A DNA stretch of 59,924 nucleotides, taken from a virus. Its lineage: Duplodnaviria > Caudoviricetes. Where the stretch lies: positions 1-59,924 of IMG/VR virus record IMGVR_UViG_3300020442_000563, one strand, 5' to 3'. The notes below the pieces were generated by a model that was given only the letters and a program-made list of their open reading frames with translations, made no database searches and was not told the DNA's origin. Each line of letters begins with the position of its first letter. Position 1 is the stretch's first letter. Position numbers and translations under genes: made by a program. Positions 48,001 through 57,425 of the stretch are shown here, one piece after another.

Positions 48001-51000
48001 TGCTTGTGCATTATATGGAGTGACAGCATTGTTATTCATATCAAGAATACCAAATGTCTTGGTTCCTGCAAGATTGCCATTATCTGACAATGCACCATCA
48101 AAAGGAGCACTCAATTTAATTTGGGTTGCTTTGATTTCAGTTGTATTAGTAGCGTCTTTTGCTACTGAACCAACGCCATCGTTAATAGTTGTAGTTTGTG
48201 CAGATACAATACTTTGAGTAATTTGTTTGGTAGTGCTCTGTACAGTAATATTTGCTTTTAGTTCTATAAAACTATTGTGAGTAGTTGATGTGCTACTACT
48301 CATAGGAGTAGGAGCAGAACTCTCAATATCAACCTCACCAAACATCTTAAACCCAGCGGGGTGGGTTGTCTCTTTAATTAATGATCTCCATGTGTCTATT
48401 GGAGTCTTTGATTTAATTAAGTATGAGAAATCTTGATAATAGTAAGAATCATGAATCTTCTGATTTTGATCACTGATCTTACCAACATCAGAAGTAAACT
48501 TTCCGATGTTATCAAAATACGTTTTAATAACAGGAGTAAACTCAGTATAATTGATGCTATCAACAACAGCAGTCTTTCCTCCTGCCAAACCAATGATCTG
48601 TTGGTTCTCTCTAAAGATACCTGTAACATTTGATACATTTAGGATATTAGATCCTTTTCTCCACGAAGTTACTCTTGCTCTTGCAATTTCTGTTGTTCCA
48701 GATTTCTGTACAACATACTCACCAATATCAAATGCTTCTTTATCAAAATTAGATACAATAAATGTATAGTTAGATCTAATGCTAGATTTAATTGTTAGAT
48801 CACTATGATATGACCCACCATTATTTTTAATTTTAATATTTCTAGGAATACCAATATCAGTACTATTCAAGAAACAATTAACATTAGTGTCAACTGTGCC
48901 ATCGTTATCAGTAATACCTGTTACGATAGGAATCTTCTTGTAATCACTACCAATATTAGTAATCTTAATTGAATTAATTTCACCAACAGAGAATAGAGAC
49001 TTTGATGTATAGGATATACTACCTGTCCCATCATGAGACGCTTTAGTCTCAGTAGAATAAAGGATTTGTGTGCTTGTTACATACAGAGCATTCTTATCAC
49101 CTTGTAGTGGATCTTCAACCACATTAAAGTAAGACGTTTCAGAATTTACTACACCGTCTCTGTCATAGTAATAATACTTAGTGTATATTACTGGTTGTTT
49201 TTTAGTATTTGTATTTGTAGCAACCCTTGCTCCAAACCCTAGTTTAATATCAACCCATGATAGATTTGCTGCAACAGTTTTTTCAGGTGTTGCAAGATTA
49301 AAGTTTCTACTGGGAGAGATGTCAAACCCAACACCACTCATTGATACATGAGAGGTATCAAACTTATATCTGTAGAACTTCTTGATATCAATAATCTGAT
49401 TTCTGGTAAATGTACTATTATCAGAAGAGAATTCAAAATAGGTATCAGGAGTGCTAAGAGACTTAATTTGTACTAACTTTTTATCAGTGCTGTTATCATA
49501 GAACACTGTTGATAAAGTTATACGATTGATTGTTGATACAGTTTGATCATAATCCCATACAAATACTATTTTTTGTGTAGATGCATCATACGATAAAATC
49601 TTGGCATCTTTAACAGTATTGCCTATTGCATAGTTGGCATTGAAGTTGAAACCAAATTCATATACTGATACATCAGCACCATCAAAGTGATCAACTGCTG
49701 TAGTAGAGTTTTGTGCTCTTGCTACTGTTAGTGCAGTACCGTTCTTAGCAGTTACCTTTACAATTTCACTGCCAATTTTTAAAAAGTCATTAATTGTAAT
49801 GTTATCAGAGTTATCAACATTCAATACAATGTTCTCTGCTGCAAAACCAGAGTGATCAACACGTAATTTTAGGTCTGGTTTAGTTGAAGGATTTGCTTTT
49901 CCTAAATCTGTTGCTCCAACTGTAAGAATATCAAATCTATTATAACCAGTTCCTTTGCTTGTCAATATAACACTATTGACGACACCAGCACTAGACACAA
50001 CAATCGTTGCTTTAGCACCAGATCCTGCTCCACCAGATAATGCAATATCAACATAAGACCCAGCAGTATAATCTCCACCACCATTCAAGATAGTAGATCT
50101 ACCAATACTGTTATCATTCAAAGTCGTTGCTATGACTGAGGTTTGGAGGACTGCTTCTTGATATACTCTCTTTCTTACGTAATATGTTGTTGTGGATGTA
50201 GCATCATCTGGATTAATATCAACGTTAATATTCTCTCCTTGTGCAACACCATGTGCAGAAGATGTAGTTAATAATGCTACATTGTCTTGTACTCTAAAAA
50301 TAGAGAGGTTTTCACTTAAAGATGATAAAGAAACAATCTTTGAACCTGTTGTATTGATTAAATTAGAACTTGTTAAGAATAAAGTTGTAGAAACACTAAA
50401 TGTACCTGTCAAAACTTTTATTTTGACATTATTTTGATCTATTGTTGTCTCTAGAACTTCACCTGTTGCGACAGGAGCAGCAACACCATCACTAAACGAT
50501 AGAGTAGCACCCTTAGTATAAGAAGACTCAGTATCAAGAATTAGATTCAATACTTTTGTGTTAGAAGATAGTACATCTGTACTATTAAAGGTTCCTGTTA
50601 CTGAACGTAAAGCAAATCTCTTAGCAGAGAATACGTTACCTACAATTTCACCAGTAGCACCTGTGTTTGCCTGTGTAATAGTATCTCCATCAAAAAGATA
50701 ACCATTGTTAATCAACTCAACGAGTAGTGCCTTAGTAGTTTGAGACTCTAATGAAGATACAGTCTTACCTTTGACTGATTCTACTTCACCAGCAGCACCA
50801 AATCCTTCTGTATCACTATCATCAATAACTAATTGACCACCAACAGCAAAATTAGATCCACTACTTAAAATTGTAGCAGATGATACAGTTCCTCTTGTTA
50901 CATCTTCAATTTGTGCTACTGCTTCTACACCATTCTTAGAAATACCAGAAGTTCTTAGTCTATTAGCACTTACTGGTAGATCATCTTGACTTAACTCAGA

Positions 51001-53526
51001 ATTATAATTTGAATCTAGTGGTAATGAATAATAACATTTACCTACAATGTATGGGAATAGAGGATCGCCATTACTATCAACTGTAATGAAATATGCATAT
51101 GTTCCATTAGGATATTCTGGTGTTACACAATAACGTCCATTGTTCTTATCTAATGTTCCAGATCCATCAGTAAATGTATAATCATCAATAAACGTACCTA
51201 GGGGATACGTTGCAATATCAGGTCCTACTCTGCTAGAGTTTCTAGAGTAACTGGTAGTCATCTGTGTGACAGAACTAGAAGCGTCTAGAGCATCACTATA
51301 ACCATATGCACCATAGATAGGGTTACCGTCGTATGCAAACCCTAGGATAGGTGAGTGAGCACTTCCTGTGTCATTTGTACGAAGCGTTGTAGGAGATGCA
51401 TAATATGCATAACCATGCCCTTTAGATGGATTGAAGTTTTGGAACCAATATCCATTATCAGAGTCTAAGTTACTCTTGTTAATAAAATACTTATCCTTTC
51501 TCCATTCTTTAATGGTTGCAGTTGCAGTTGCACCAGAACCAACAGGAATTAAATCAACTTGCAAGTTTTCTACAGTGTAACCAGATCCACCATTGATTTT
51601 TTTAAATCCAGTTATAACACCACTGCTAGATACTTCTGCAACGTAATCTGCAAATCTACCTTTTCCTGAATTATCTGTAATTCTAACTTCAGGAGGGGTA
51701 GAATAATACTCTCCAGCATTTGTAACAACAATACTTGTAATTTCACCATTTGTAATTACAGGTGTTGCAACACCATTTCTACCAGATAAAATTTCAACAG
51801 TAGGAACAGCAGTATATGCACCAGCATTACTGATTGTAATTGATTGTACTACTTGACCAGACAATACAGAGATTGCTTGACCTGCTTTACCATCTACTAA
51901 AACAAATGGAGCATCGTTGTAACCATTACCACGATCAATAACATCAATCTTCTGTAGGGCACCATTGAATACAACACTGGCATCTTTATATCCTGCAAAA
52001 GGAACACCATTGATAGCAATACCTACATCTCTAAATTTAGTCTCATTAATTTCAGTAGATGTAATAGGTGTCTTTCTAATAATTTTTAATTGCTTCTGAT
52101 CTTTTGTGTCAGATGGTTGATTGGTTGTACCAACTACATGGGAAGGGAATCCAGAAGAAGCTATGTAATAACCTTCACCATCCTCATAGATGGCTGATAC
52201 GTTAGTATTCAAATCACTGATTAGTGGACTCGCAGCTGGCAACAACCAACGAAGATTGTTCTGTGCATCAAAGATCTTGACATCAGTCGTCAAGAAACCA
52301 GGATCAGAAATCTCTAAGAAATCGCCTGGATTAGAATATGGGGAGTTTGTCTCATTAGTTGCATTATATAAGACACCATAGACTAATAATGTTACATTAG
52401 ATCCAGATACATTTGCCCCATATGTAACAGGACTACCAACAGCATGTGTAGTAGCACCTGTTCTTGTCTTAATAATAAACTGATTGACATTTTTCTCTTC
52501 AAAAGTAAATGTCTCACTACCAATAGTAAACTCTCCTTCTTTTGCCCACCCTAGAGTAGACTCTACATCAATTCTATCACCTACACCATCAGCAACAGTG
52601 ATTGCCTCTGTTAACTTTGTTCTTGCAGCAATAGAAAACTGACCATTTACACTTGCTTCATTAAGAATGATCTCGTATAGATCTTCGCCATCAAATGTAC
52701 CATTAAAACGTACATTATCAACTACAGCAGATGCAAATGGCGTTGTCTGAGAAATTGTCTTGCCAATTAAATCAGTTGGCGTTCCTGATAATACTTTTAC
52801 TTTGAGAGAATAGTTATTAATCCAATTAGACTCTGAACTCTTGAGTGTAAAATCCCTTGGATATGCAACCTCAGGTTCTGGGTCATTCTTAACTAAACAC
52901 TTGAATAAAAACTTGATAGATTTATCAGTTCCTTTTGACTGATAGAATGAACCAATATTCTTAATTAATGTTCTTTTATCAACTGCATCATTCAGGTATG
53001 CTTCAGGAAAGTCATTTAAGAACTCAGTCTCAAAGTTCTTAATAAGAGCATACAAAAATAGGTTACTGATGTTGAGGACAGTAGAACCATTGGTATGACT
53101 GGATGCTTGGGTAGTAACAAATGTACTAGAAGAATATAAGTCACCTAACTTAGTAGTACCACTTACACCACGACTAATCTCTAAGAATTGTGTGTCTGTT
53201 CTACTCTTATAGAAACACACCTCATCACCAATCTTAATGTATCCACCATTCTTAGGGAATGATGATGCATCTGCAACTGTAATTGTTGTGTCGCCAGCAT
53301 TTACTAGACCAGTTACCGTAGTGCTCTGGTTTAGTAAATTGTTCTCATAGAAATCAATATCACGATAAGTCTCAAGGTTCTCAACAATATCATATGGTTG
53401 ACCTTGTAATTCTAACTGCTCATAGTATTTTTGTATGAACTTTCCAAATAGTTCATACTCTTCATTGATAAAATCAGGAAGTTGAGAATCAATTAAATAT
53501 GAGATTCTGTTCGCAGTCTTTGGCAT
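45079..53526 (-). CDS. g7: baseplate wedge initiator (T4 gp7-like), expanded, with a YHYH-like domain
   Basis: QLPDFI...FY.SKGT; DSYYYQDFSY...HPAGFK; GFAYDGNPIYG...TPEYPNGTYAYF; between g6 and g8. Confidence 0.88.
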   Translation of the reverse strand: MPKTANRISYLIDSQLPDFINEEYELFGKFIQKYYEQLELQGQPYDIVENLETYRDIDFYENNLLNQSTTVTGLVNAGDTTITVADASSFPKNGGYIKIGDEVCFYKSRTDTQFLEISRGVSGTTKLGDLYSSSTFVTTQASSHTNGSTVLNISNLFLYALIKNFETEFLNDFPEAYLNDAVDKRTLIKNIGSFYQSKGTDKSIKFLFKCLVKNDPEPEVAYPRDFTLKSSESNWINNYSLKVKVLSGTPTDLIGKTISQTTPFASAVVDNVRFNGTFDGEDLYEIILNEASVNGQFSIAARTKLTEAITVADGVGDRIDVESTLGWAKEGEFTIGSETFTFEEKNVNQFIIKTRTGATTHAVGSPVTYGANVSGSNVTLLVYGVLYNATNETNSPYSNPGDFLEISDPGFLTTDVKIFDAQNNLRWLLPAASPLISDLNTNVSAIYEDGEGYYIASSGFPSHVVGTTNQPSDTKDQKQLKIIRKTPITSTEINETKFRDVGIAINGVPFAGYKDASVVFNGALQKIDVIDRGNGYNDAPFVLVDGKAGQAISVLSGQVVQSITISNAGAYTAVPTVEILSGRNGVATPVITNGEITSIVVTNAGEYYSTPPEVRITDNSGKGRFADYVAEVSSSGVITGFKKINGGSGYTVENLQVDLIPVGSGATATATIKEWRKDKYFINKSNLDSDNGYWFQNFNPSKGHGYAYYASPTTLRTNDTGSAHSPILGFAYDGNPIYGAYGYSDALDASSSVTQMTTSYSRNSSRVGPDIATYPLGTFIDDYTFTDGSGTLDKNNGRYCVTPEYPNGTYAYFITVDSNGDPLFPYIVGKCYYSLPLDSNYNSELSQDDLPVSANRLRTSGISKNGVEAVAQIEDVTRGTVSSATILSSGSNFAVGGQLVIDDSDTEGFGAAGEVESVKGKTVSSLESQTTKALLVELINNGYLFDGDTITQANTGATGEIVGNVFSAKRFALRSVTGTFNSTDVLSSNTKVLNLILDTESSYTKGATLSFSDGVAAPVATGEVLETTIDQNNVKIKVLTGTFSVSTTLFLTSSNLINTTGSKIVSLSSLSENLSIFRVQDNVALLTTSSAHGVAQGENINVDINPDDATSTTTYYVRKRVYQEAVLQTSVIATTLNDNSIGRSTILNGGGDYTAGSYVDIALSGGAGSGAKATIVVSSAGVVNSVILTSKGTGYNRFDILTVGATDLGKANPSTKPDLKLRVDHSGFAAENIVLNVDNSDNITINDFLKIGSEIVKVTAKNGTALTVARAQNSTTAVDHFDGADVSVYEFGFNFNANYAIGNTVKDAKILSYDASTQKIVFVWDYDQTVSTINRITLSTVFYDNSTDKKLVQIKSLSTPDTYFEFSSDNSTFTRNQIIDIKKFYRYKFDTSHVSMSGVGFDISPSRNFNLATPEKTVAANLSWVDIKLGFGARVATNTNTKKQPVIYTKYYYYDRDGVVNSETSYFNVVEDPLQGDKNALYVTSTQILYSTETKASHDGTGSISYTSKSLFSVGEINSIKITNIGSDYKKIPIVTGITDNDGTVDTNVNCFLNSTDIGIPRNIKIKNNGGSYHSDLTIKSSIRSNYTFIVSNFDKEAFDIGEYVVQKSGTTEIARARVTSWRKGSNILNVSNVTGIFRENQQIIGLAGGKTAVVDSINYTEFTPVIKTYFDNIGKFTSDVGKISDQNQKIHDSYYYQDFSYLIKSKTPIDTWRSLIKETTHPAGFKMFGEVDIESSAPTPMSSSTSTTHNSFIELKANITVQSTTKQITQSIVSAQTTTINDGVGSVAKDATNTTEIKATQIKLSAPFDGALSDNGNLAGTKTFGILDMNNNAVTPYNAQALMITLDGIFQEPGVAYTVSGSNITFAQPPLGATTKNSQAIPGVKFYGKNYQFKNDNLNAKYLRKIKSIFSKSGRWLDAANQIERNREYLQSETLGYIKNKFPNVTWGKVETKCYRDIGLVADAIANDVRFGGNYYTVTAIEKYFNNDILDYIIGELEETTEAYKHLVGLAKLAINNTLPTGTYTTVPPYINNNIIVDPDPNKCADVVSAISTLGEIIEKTLAGGVNTVPISYPDYIDGKNTIFELYYEDGTGVSTDPNENLFIGIGGVIQHDSSYSIDRTSVPNKVVFTSPPIWNQSVNTKSLQEVLAVDKFFAYSVGSYIRCQIENTATSNGPFLILDDDKKVVNVTDPQFALVFIDGVLQREKDSYIINGPVITFTRDIFSANNVEVIYLYGRDLSQSVTLYDFERGEYFNEIKIKFTGNSGDFDNFTQWWSKFRETDMVAYQKSGGIKKFIGSLKSYVIDSSDDLEVQIAGFNPDVNSDPIFFSGLDDFSDEISVSQTQTTSVVKNFDNTYRMQRNASRWLYGTKKADEAFYVRKNGIANLNKGDLIKINGENEYRTINELPQYFEPKNYLPGADPSQSFYGTVATTNYNGDERGTSLAVSCTIKNGSVDTITWNKSIPNSGYEKAPILHFVPENQEGGGARAEVIVVNGTVIDIVITDGGTGYTQAPRVVVAKQYIVKKQNRKIDSFVNLILHNQFSSVGAPGPVNAESSYTRTRTVGGVPIGNAIVTTVLSPAAIASTLITVEFPSIALNQASTFAVNKEILLIRPTSTGTADVKTSDAVVKVHIELDRSIESQPSLSTQVWRVFGYQFGFTDHRIWSTVPTGFANITLRPSFQMWENAKFMDTGNILHNGVSVSAYTIDEFTRYGFDLEDFANHPGSGVSDAGYAFNVGYPSINYYLGRINQNLNSSDTIVYVENTTNFPAAGTLQLGTEQITYTGKQSDRFTGCTRGANGTTAKAHTTSEPFFRSA

Positions 53527-53528
53527 CC

Positions 53529-55334
53529 CTACTCTTCTTTATAAGCGACGAATTTGCTCTTTGATATATCTACATCTAAATACATCTCACGCTTAACTTC
53601 TATATCCTTATTTGCAGGTTTTGCTCTTAATTCAATGCGATTGTCAGAGAAAGTTCCTTTCAATATGGTAAAGTTATCCATTTTAATCTCGCCCTTGGTG
53701 TAATCAACTGTACCTACCGAATCGTTAAGTAGAATTTTTTCACCAGTGACGGAATCTAGTCTATATAGTACCAATTTGCCATCCCTGTCTTCTAGGTAAG
53801 AAGTAAAAGATGGATATTCAAACACCACCATTCCTGTTGATGTGACTACAGGATTGTTACAATCAATTAGGAAAGGATTCTTATAGCAGATCTCATAATA
53901 TGCAGATGAATTAATCTGTGCTATGAAATCCTTTCTCATGGTTACATTGGTGTCATTAGAATTGATAGCACGGTCTGTATTATCAATCACACCAACAAAC
54001 TTACTGTATCTAAACTTACCATTGAACTTCTCTGTCTGAGAAGTCTTCAAATACTCTGTAACAGAGGTCGCAACTGATGATGCCATCTCTGTAGGTAATT
54101 GTGTGGTCTTAGTTCCACTGTAATAGATCTTACTATCTAGTTCAACAAACAGAATAGAAGGATCTACAAACTCAGGTCTAATAGAAGCAACTGTATACTT
54201 CTTAAGTTCTGATGTTAGTTCGTTCTTTGTAAATGCTGAGAGTGCTGCTGCCTCAGTGGGTTTTACCGATAAGAATACCTTACCATATGCAGGTGGTTCT
54301 TGATCCTCTCCACCAAATACAATGATATCACTCACTGCTGGATATAGGTTCCTAACAATTGCTTTATAGTCATTACCAGTTACTGCTCTGTTCTGAGAAC
54401 CATAATACTTGGGAGCATTGAACTTAATCTTGTCAATAGTCTCAATAGGTGCTCCACCACTGGCATTAGAGACAGTTGAGATACTGGTTACATTATATGG
54501 TACGGAAATGTTAGAACCATTCTCATCTTGCATCACACCATTGAAGGTAAATGTTCTCGCACCATTAGTTGCCTCACCATTAGTGACAACGTAACTCATC
54601 TCTACTACATTACCGTTCTCTAGTTTCTTACCTAGAACACCATCACCAAAGAATACCTCGTATCTTTCGTCTTCTCTTTCGTTCACAAAGAATACTTTAT
54701 CCTCTGCACCAATATCAAGAATATTGTTTGCTGCGGAATAATCATCAGCAACGCTAGTATTTGCAGACTGGAATACCTTTACCTTAATCGTATTAGTATC
54801 AGCACCCACGTTATCTATGAAGAACCTCTGATCTGATATCGTGGTGTCAATAACAGTGCTAGTTACAACCTCATTACCCTCAATGATACTGAGATTGGAG
54901 AATGTTGCTACGCTATTTGCTACCTCTACCTTTGTATCTTCCCTTACAATGTAGCGGAATAGTGATCCATCGTAGTTAGTTATGAAACCAGTTCCCGCTT
55001 TTAGTGTAACAGTTGCGGGTGGAGTTCCCGTAAAAGTGAGTACTAGATCAACTACTGCTCTAGGAGCAGTTACGGACTTGGGTGTATATCCCAGATTCTT
55101 CGCAAGTGATACTACATTATCACGCAACGTTGCGGAATCTAGATACATTTCGTTCACTACCATGTTGGTATTGAACGCTGTATAGTAAGTATTGTACGCT
55201 AATACATCAAGTAGATTACTAAGTGCGGAACCTTCAAAGTCATAATCAGTGAAGTCCGACTGTGCTCTCATATAATCTTTAAGAGCAGACTTGATATTAG
55301 CAAAGTCTAAATTGTTTAACTGGGTATATGGCAT
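53529..55334 (-). CDS. g6: baseplate wedge subunit (T4 gp6-like)
   Basis: LDFANIK..FTDYDFEGS..LLDVLAYNTYY; QNRAVT..DY. Confidence 0.95.
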   Translation of the reverse strand: MPYTQLNNLDFANIKSALKDYMRAQSDFTDYDFEGSALSNLLDVLAYNTYYTAFNTNMVVNEMYLDSATLRDNVVSLAKNLGYTPKSVTAPRAVVDLVLTFTGTPPATVTLKAGTGFITNYDGSLFRYIVREDTKVEVANSVATFSNLSIIEGNEVVTSTVIDTTISDQRFFIDNVGADTNTIKVKVFQSANTSVADDYSAANNILDIGAEDKVFFVNEREDERYEVFFGDGVLGKKLENGNVVEMSYVVTNGEATNGARTFTFNGVMQDENGSNISVPYNVTSISTVSNASGGAPIETIDKIKFNAPKYYGSQNRAVTGNDYKAIVRNLYPAVSDIIVFGGEDQEPPAYGKVFLSVKPTEAAALSAFTKNELTSELKKYTVASIRPEFVDPSILFVELDSKIYYSGTKTTQLPTEMASSVATSVTEYLKTSQTEKFNGKFRYSKFVGVIDNTDRAINSNDTNVTMRKDFIAQINSSAYYEICYKNPFLIDCNNPVVTSTGMVVFEYPSFTSYLEDRDGKLVLYRLDSVTGEKILLNDSVGTVDYTKGEIKMDNFTILKGTFSDNRIELRAKPANKDIEVKREMYLDVDISKSKFVAYKEE

Positions 55335-55726
55335 TATCTCGTCCTAGCAAGGAAGAAGTCTACGACAACTGGTGGATTCTCTGAACCTCTAATCTCATAT
55401 TGCAATTCAACGCTGAACCCATTCTCATCAAAATTAGGTCGGCATTCTAGATTTAGAACTTCAATTCTTGGTTCGTATGATTTTAAACAATATGTAATAC
55501 TACTTTTAATCTGAGCAGCAGTACCATAGTCTAACTGTTCAAAGAGATAACTCCTTATATTAGATCCGTAATCGGGTTGGAATACACGTTCGCCCTTATT
55601 AGTCAATAGGAGATTCACAATTGCTTGCTTAATAGCAGAAGCATCCTTACTAACAACAAGGTCATTAGTTACAGGATGCTTCTTAAATGTGATATTGATA
55701 TCCTTAAAGGACAATTTGGTCGCCAT
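55334..55726 (-). CDS. g25: baseplate wedge subunit (T4 gp25-like)
   Basis: AIKQAI.NLLLT.KGER.F.P.YGS...YEPRI; CTAAATA at 55753-55759 upstream. Confidence 0.93.
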   Translation of the reverse strand: MATKLSFKDINITFKKHPVTNDLVVSKDASAIKQAIVNLLLTNKGERVFQPDYGSNIRSYLFEQLDYGTAAQIKSSITYCLKSYEPRIEVLNLECRPNFDENGFSVELQYEIRGSENPPVVVDFFLARTR

Positions 55727-55765
55727 TTACCGACAATATACGAAGTCAGTTATATTTAGCGAGTT

Positions 55766-56053
55766 TCACGTTACGTTATAGAATGTATATTTCAAAAACA
55801 ACTCTTCCCCTTCTTTGATCTTTCTAAGCGTCTTAATAAACCATTTGTTATCCTCACACCACTTCATACAATTGGGGTCGTCAGAGTGGTTTATAAACCC
55901 TCCTAGGGGCGTTCTAATAATAGATCCGTCTATAATAATATGAGACATACCTAAAAAGAAGTCAGCAGGGATATCTTCACATGCAAAACACCCCTGCCCT
56001 GCTATGGGACTATCTTTAATATGCAACCGACTTGGAAGTGCCTGATAAGTCAT
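55766..56053 (-). CDS. minimal SET-domain protein (putative lysine methyltransferase)
   Basis: S.IAGQGCFA, FINHSDDPN and IKEGEELFLKY, i.e. the SET GxG, NHS and ELxxxY motifs. Confidence 0.85.
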   Translation of the reverse strand: MTYQALPSRLHIKDSPIAGQGCFACEDIPADFFLGMSHIIIDGSIIRTPLGGFINHSDDPNCMKWCEDNKWFIKTLRKIKEGEELFLKYTFYNVT

Positions 56054-56236
56054 TCAGAGTCCCTCGGCGTTTTCGGCGCTCGGAGACCTCCCCCCATAAC
56101 GTCTCTCAAAATCAATCTTAGACCAAAACGCATTCTCATCATCATACCGAGTATTTAACTTCTCAAAAGCATCGGCAATTCTCTCCATGGATTCTGCAAT
56201 CCTATGGAGATCATAATTAGACCCAAACTTATTCAT
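56054..56236 (-). CDS. hypothetical protein
   Basis: 60-aa ORF with ATGA coupling to the upstream peptide. Confidence 0.65.
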   Translation of the reverse strand: MNKFGSNYDLHRIAESMERIADAFEKLNTRYDDENAFWSKIDFERRYGGRSPSAENAEGL

Positions 56237-56367
56237 TTACCTTGACCACGATACCGTTTGGATGCGCCATTCCTAGAACTAGCAGAACGCTTCGTATTCT
56301 GCGAGCATCCCTGACGGGTCTTCTTAGGCTTCGCTTTGATATAGTTGGTGTTATTATAAAGTGCCAT
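56233..56367 (-). CDS. 44-aa highly basic peptide (not in ORF track)
   Basis: MALYNNTNYIKAKPKKTRQGCSQNTKRSASSRNGASKRYRGQGK; fills the gap between flanking genes; no acidic residues. Confidence 0.8.
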   Translation of the reverse strand: MALYNNTNYIKAKPKKTRQGCSQNTKRSASSRNGASKRYRGQGK

Positions 56368-56370
56368 AAT

Positions 56371-56739
56371 CTATGGTGTTGGGTTTGCTATGTTAATTGT
56401 AGGGTATCTGAACGGTCCTGTCAAGAGTCTGGGTGTACCAAGTAACTTTGCTTCATCTCCCTGTACAGCGGGTAACTTTCCATTAATGAATACTGACGTA
56501 TTAACAAGTGGAACAACTACCCTAGTACCTGGTTGACAGGGTAAAGGCACCAAAGGATTCACCTTTACCCCAGTGACAGGTGCAACAACAGATGTACTAT
56601 CATAATACTCTACTGCTTGATTCTCAAAAAATACATTTACAGAAACATTCGGTGTGCCTGCTAACGGTGCTGCTGGATATAAGCAATTACCATCGGTATT
56701 TGCTGTATCCACACATTCACTTGCTGCTATGTTAGGCAT
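56371..56739 (-). CDS. PAAR-like spike tip protein (gp5.4-like)
   Basis: SVFINGKLPAVQGD and SVNVFFEN resemble PAAR repeats; Cys/Pro rich; near g25. Confidence 0.65.
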   Translation of the reverse strand: MPNIAASECVDTANTDGNCLYPAAPLAGTPNVSVNVFFENQAVEYYDSTSVVAPVTGVKVNPLVPLPCQPGTRVVVPLVNTSVFINGKLPAVQGDEAKLLGTPRLLTGPFRYPTINIANPTP

Positions 56740-56944
56740 CTCTCTCTTTCAAACTCTGTACATCATTATGTAGTTTGTCCAGTGTCTCTGCTATCGTCTC
56801 ATGCGTCTGGGATTGTGGTGGACGGTACATCAACTGTGGACGTTCTAGCTGTAATATCCTCTTCTCCAACTGTGTCAATCTCTCTGACAATTGTTGGAGT
56901 AACTCGTTGGACTTCTGCATTGTCCACTGGTTGTCTGCTGTCAT
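56732..56944 (-). CDS. small coiled-coil hypothetical protein
   Basis: GGAG SD upstream; heptad pattern; stop overlaps the PAAR start. Confidence 0.65.
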   Translation of the reverse strand: MTADNQWTMQKSNELLQQLSERLTQLEKRILQLERPQLMYRPPQSQTHETIAETLDKLHNDVQSLKERDA

Positions 56945-57059
56945 TATCTACTCCAGAAAATCGTTTGGCGGCAGCAAATTCAAATTCATCACAGAATGTG
57001 TCAAAGTTATCTAAGATCTTCTGATAATAATTTTCATCTACTGGAAGGTCGTCTCTCAT
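56799..57059 (-). CDS. acidic hypothetical protein (overlaps 56732..56944)
   Basis: ATGA coupling to the upstream gene, GAGG SD. Confidence 0.65.
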   Translation of the reverse strand: MRDDLPVDENYYQKILDNFDTFCDEFEFAAAKRFSGVDNDSRQPVDNAEVQRVTPTIVREIDTVGEEDITARTSTVDVPSTTIPDA

Positions 57060-57256
57060 TGTTTTACCTCAGGGAAATCCTTGAGGGGGTCATTCACATC
57101 TGGGAAAGACAACTCAGTGATCTTCTCCTCTAGTTGAAGCACCCTCTCTGTTAACTGTTCTAGAACCTCGGCAAATTTATTAATTTGGTGCCCATGTGCC
57201 GCTACGGCATATCTTGGGTCACGCATCAAATCATCATGAGTCAGGTTTTCAGTCAT
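57056..57256 (-). CDS. hypothetical protein, first gene of the late block
   Basis: 66 aa with a coiled coil; downstream of ATAAATA at 57316-57322. Confidence 0.7.
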   Translation of the reverse strand: MTENLTHDDLMRDPRYAVAAHGHQINKFAEVLEQLTERVLQLEEKITELSFPDVNDPLKDFPEVKQ

Positions 57257-57315
57257 TTTTTTACCAGGAAAATTTTTTTTAAATTATAGCAAAATTTTTT
57301 TGATTTTGCAATTAT

Positions 57316-57322
57316 TATTTAT
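57316..57322 (-). promoter_or_regulatory. late promoter at the early/late boundary
   Basis: GATAAATA in the AT-rich intergenic region. Confidence 0.65.
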
Positions 57323-57425
57323 CGCTCGTTTGGATACTTTTGTAGGTTAGGGTAGTTTGCGTTTTTGGCATCGCTCGGCGCACCCCCAATCGGGGCGGGC
57401 GACCCCTTATACTGCCCGCTGTGTG

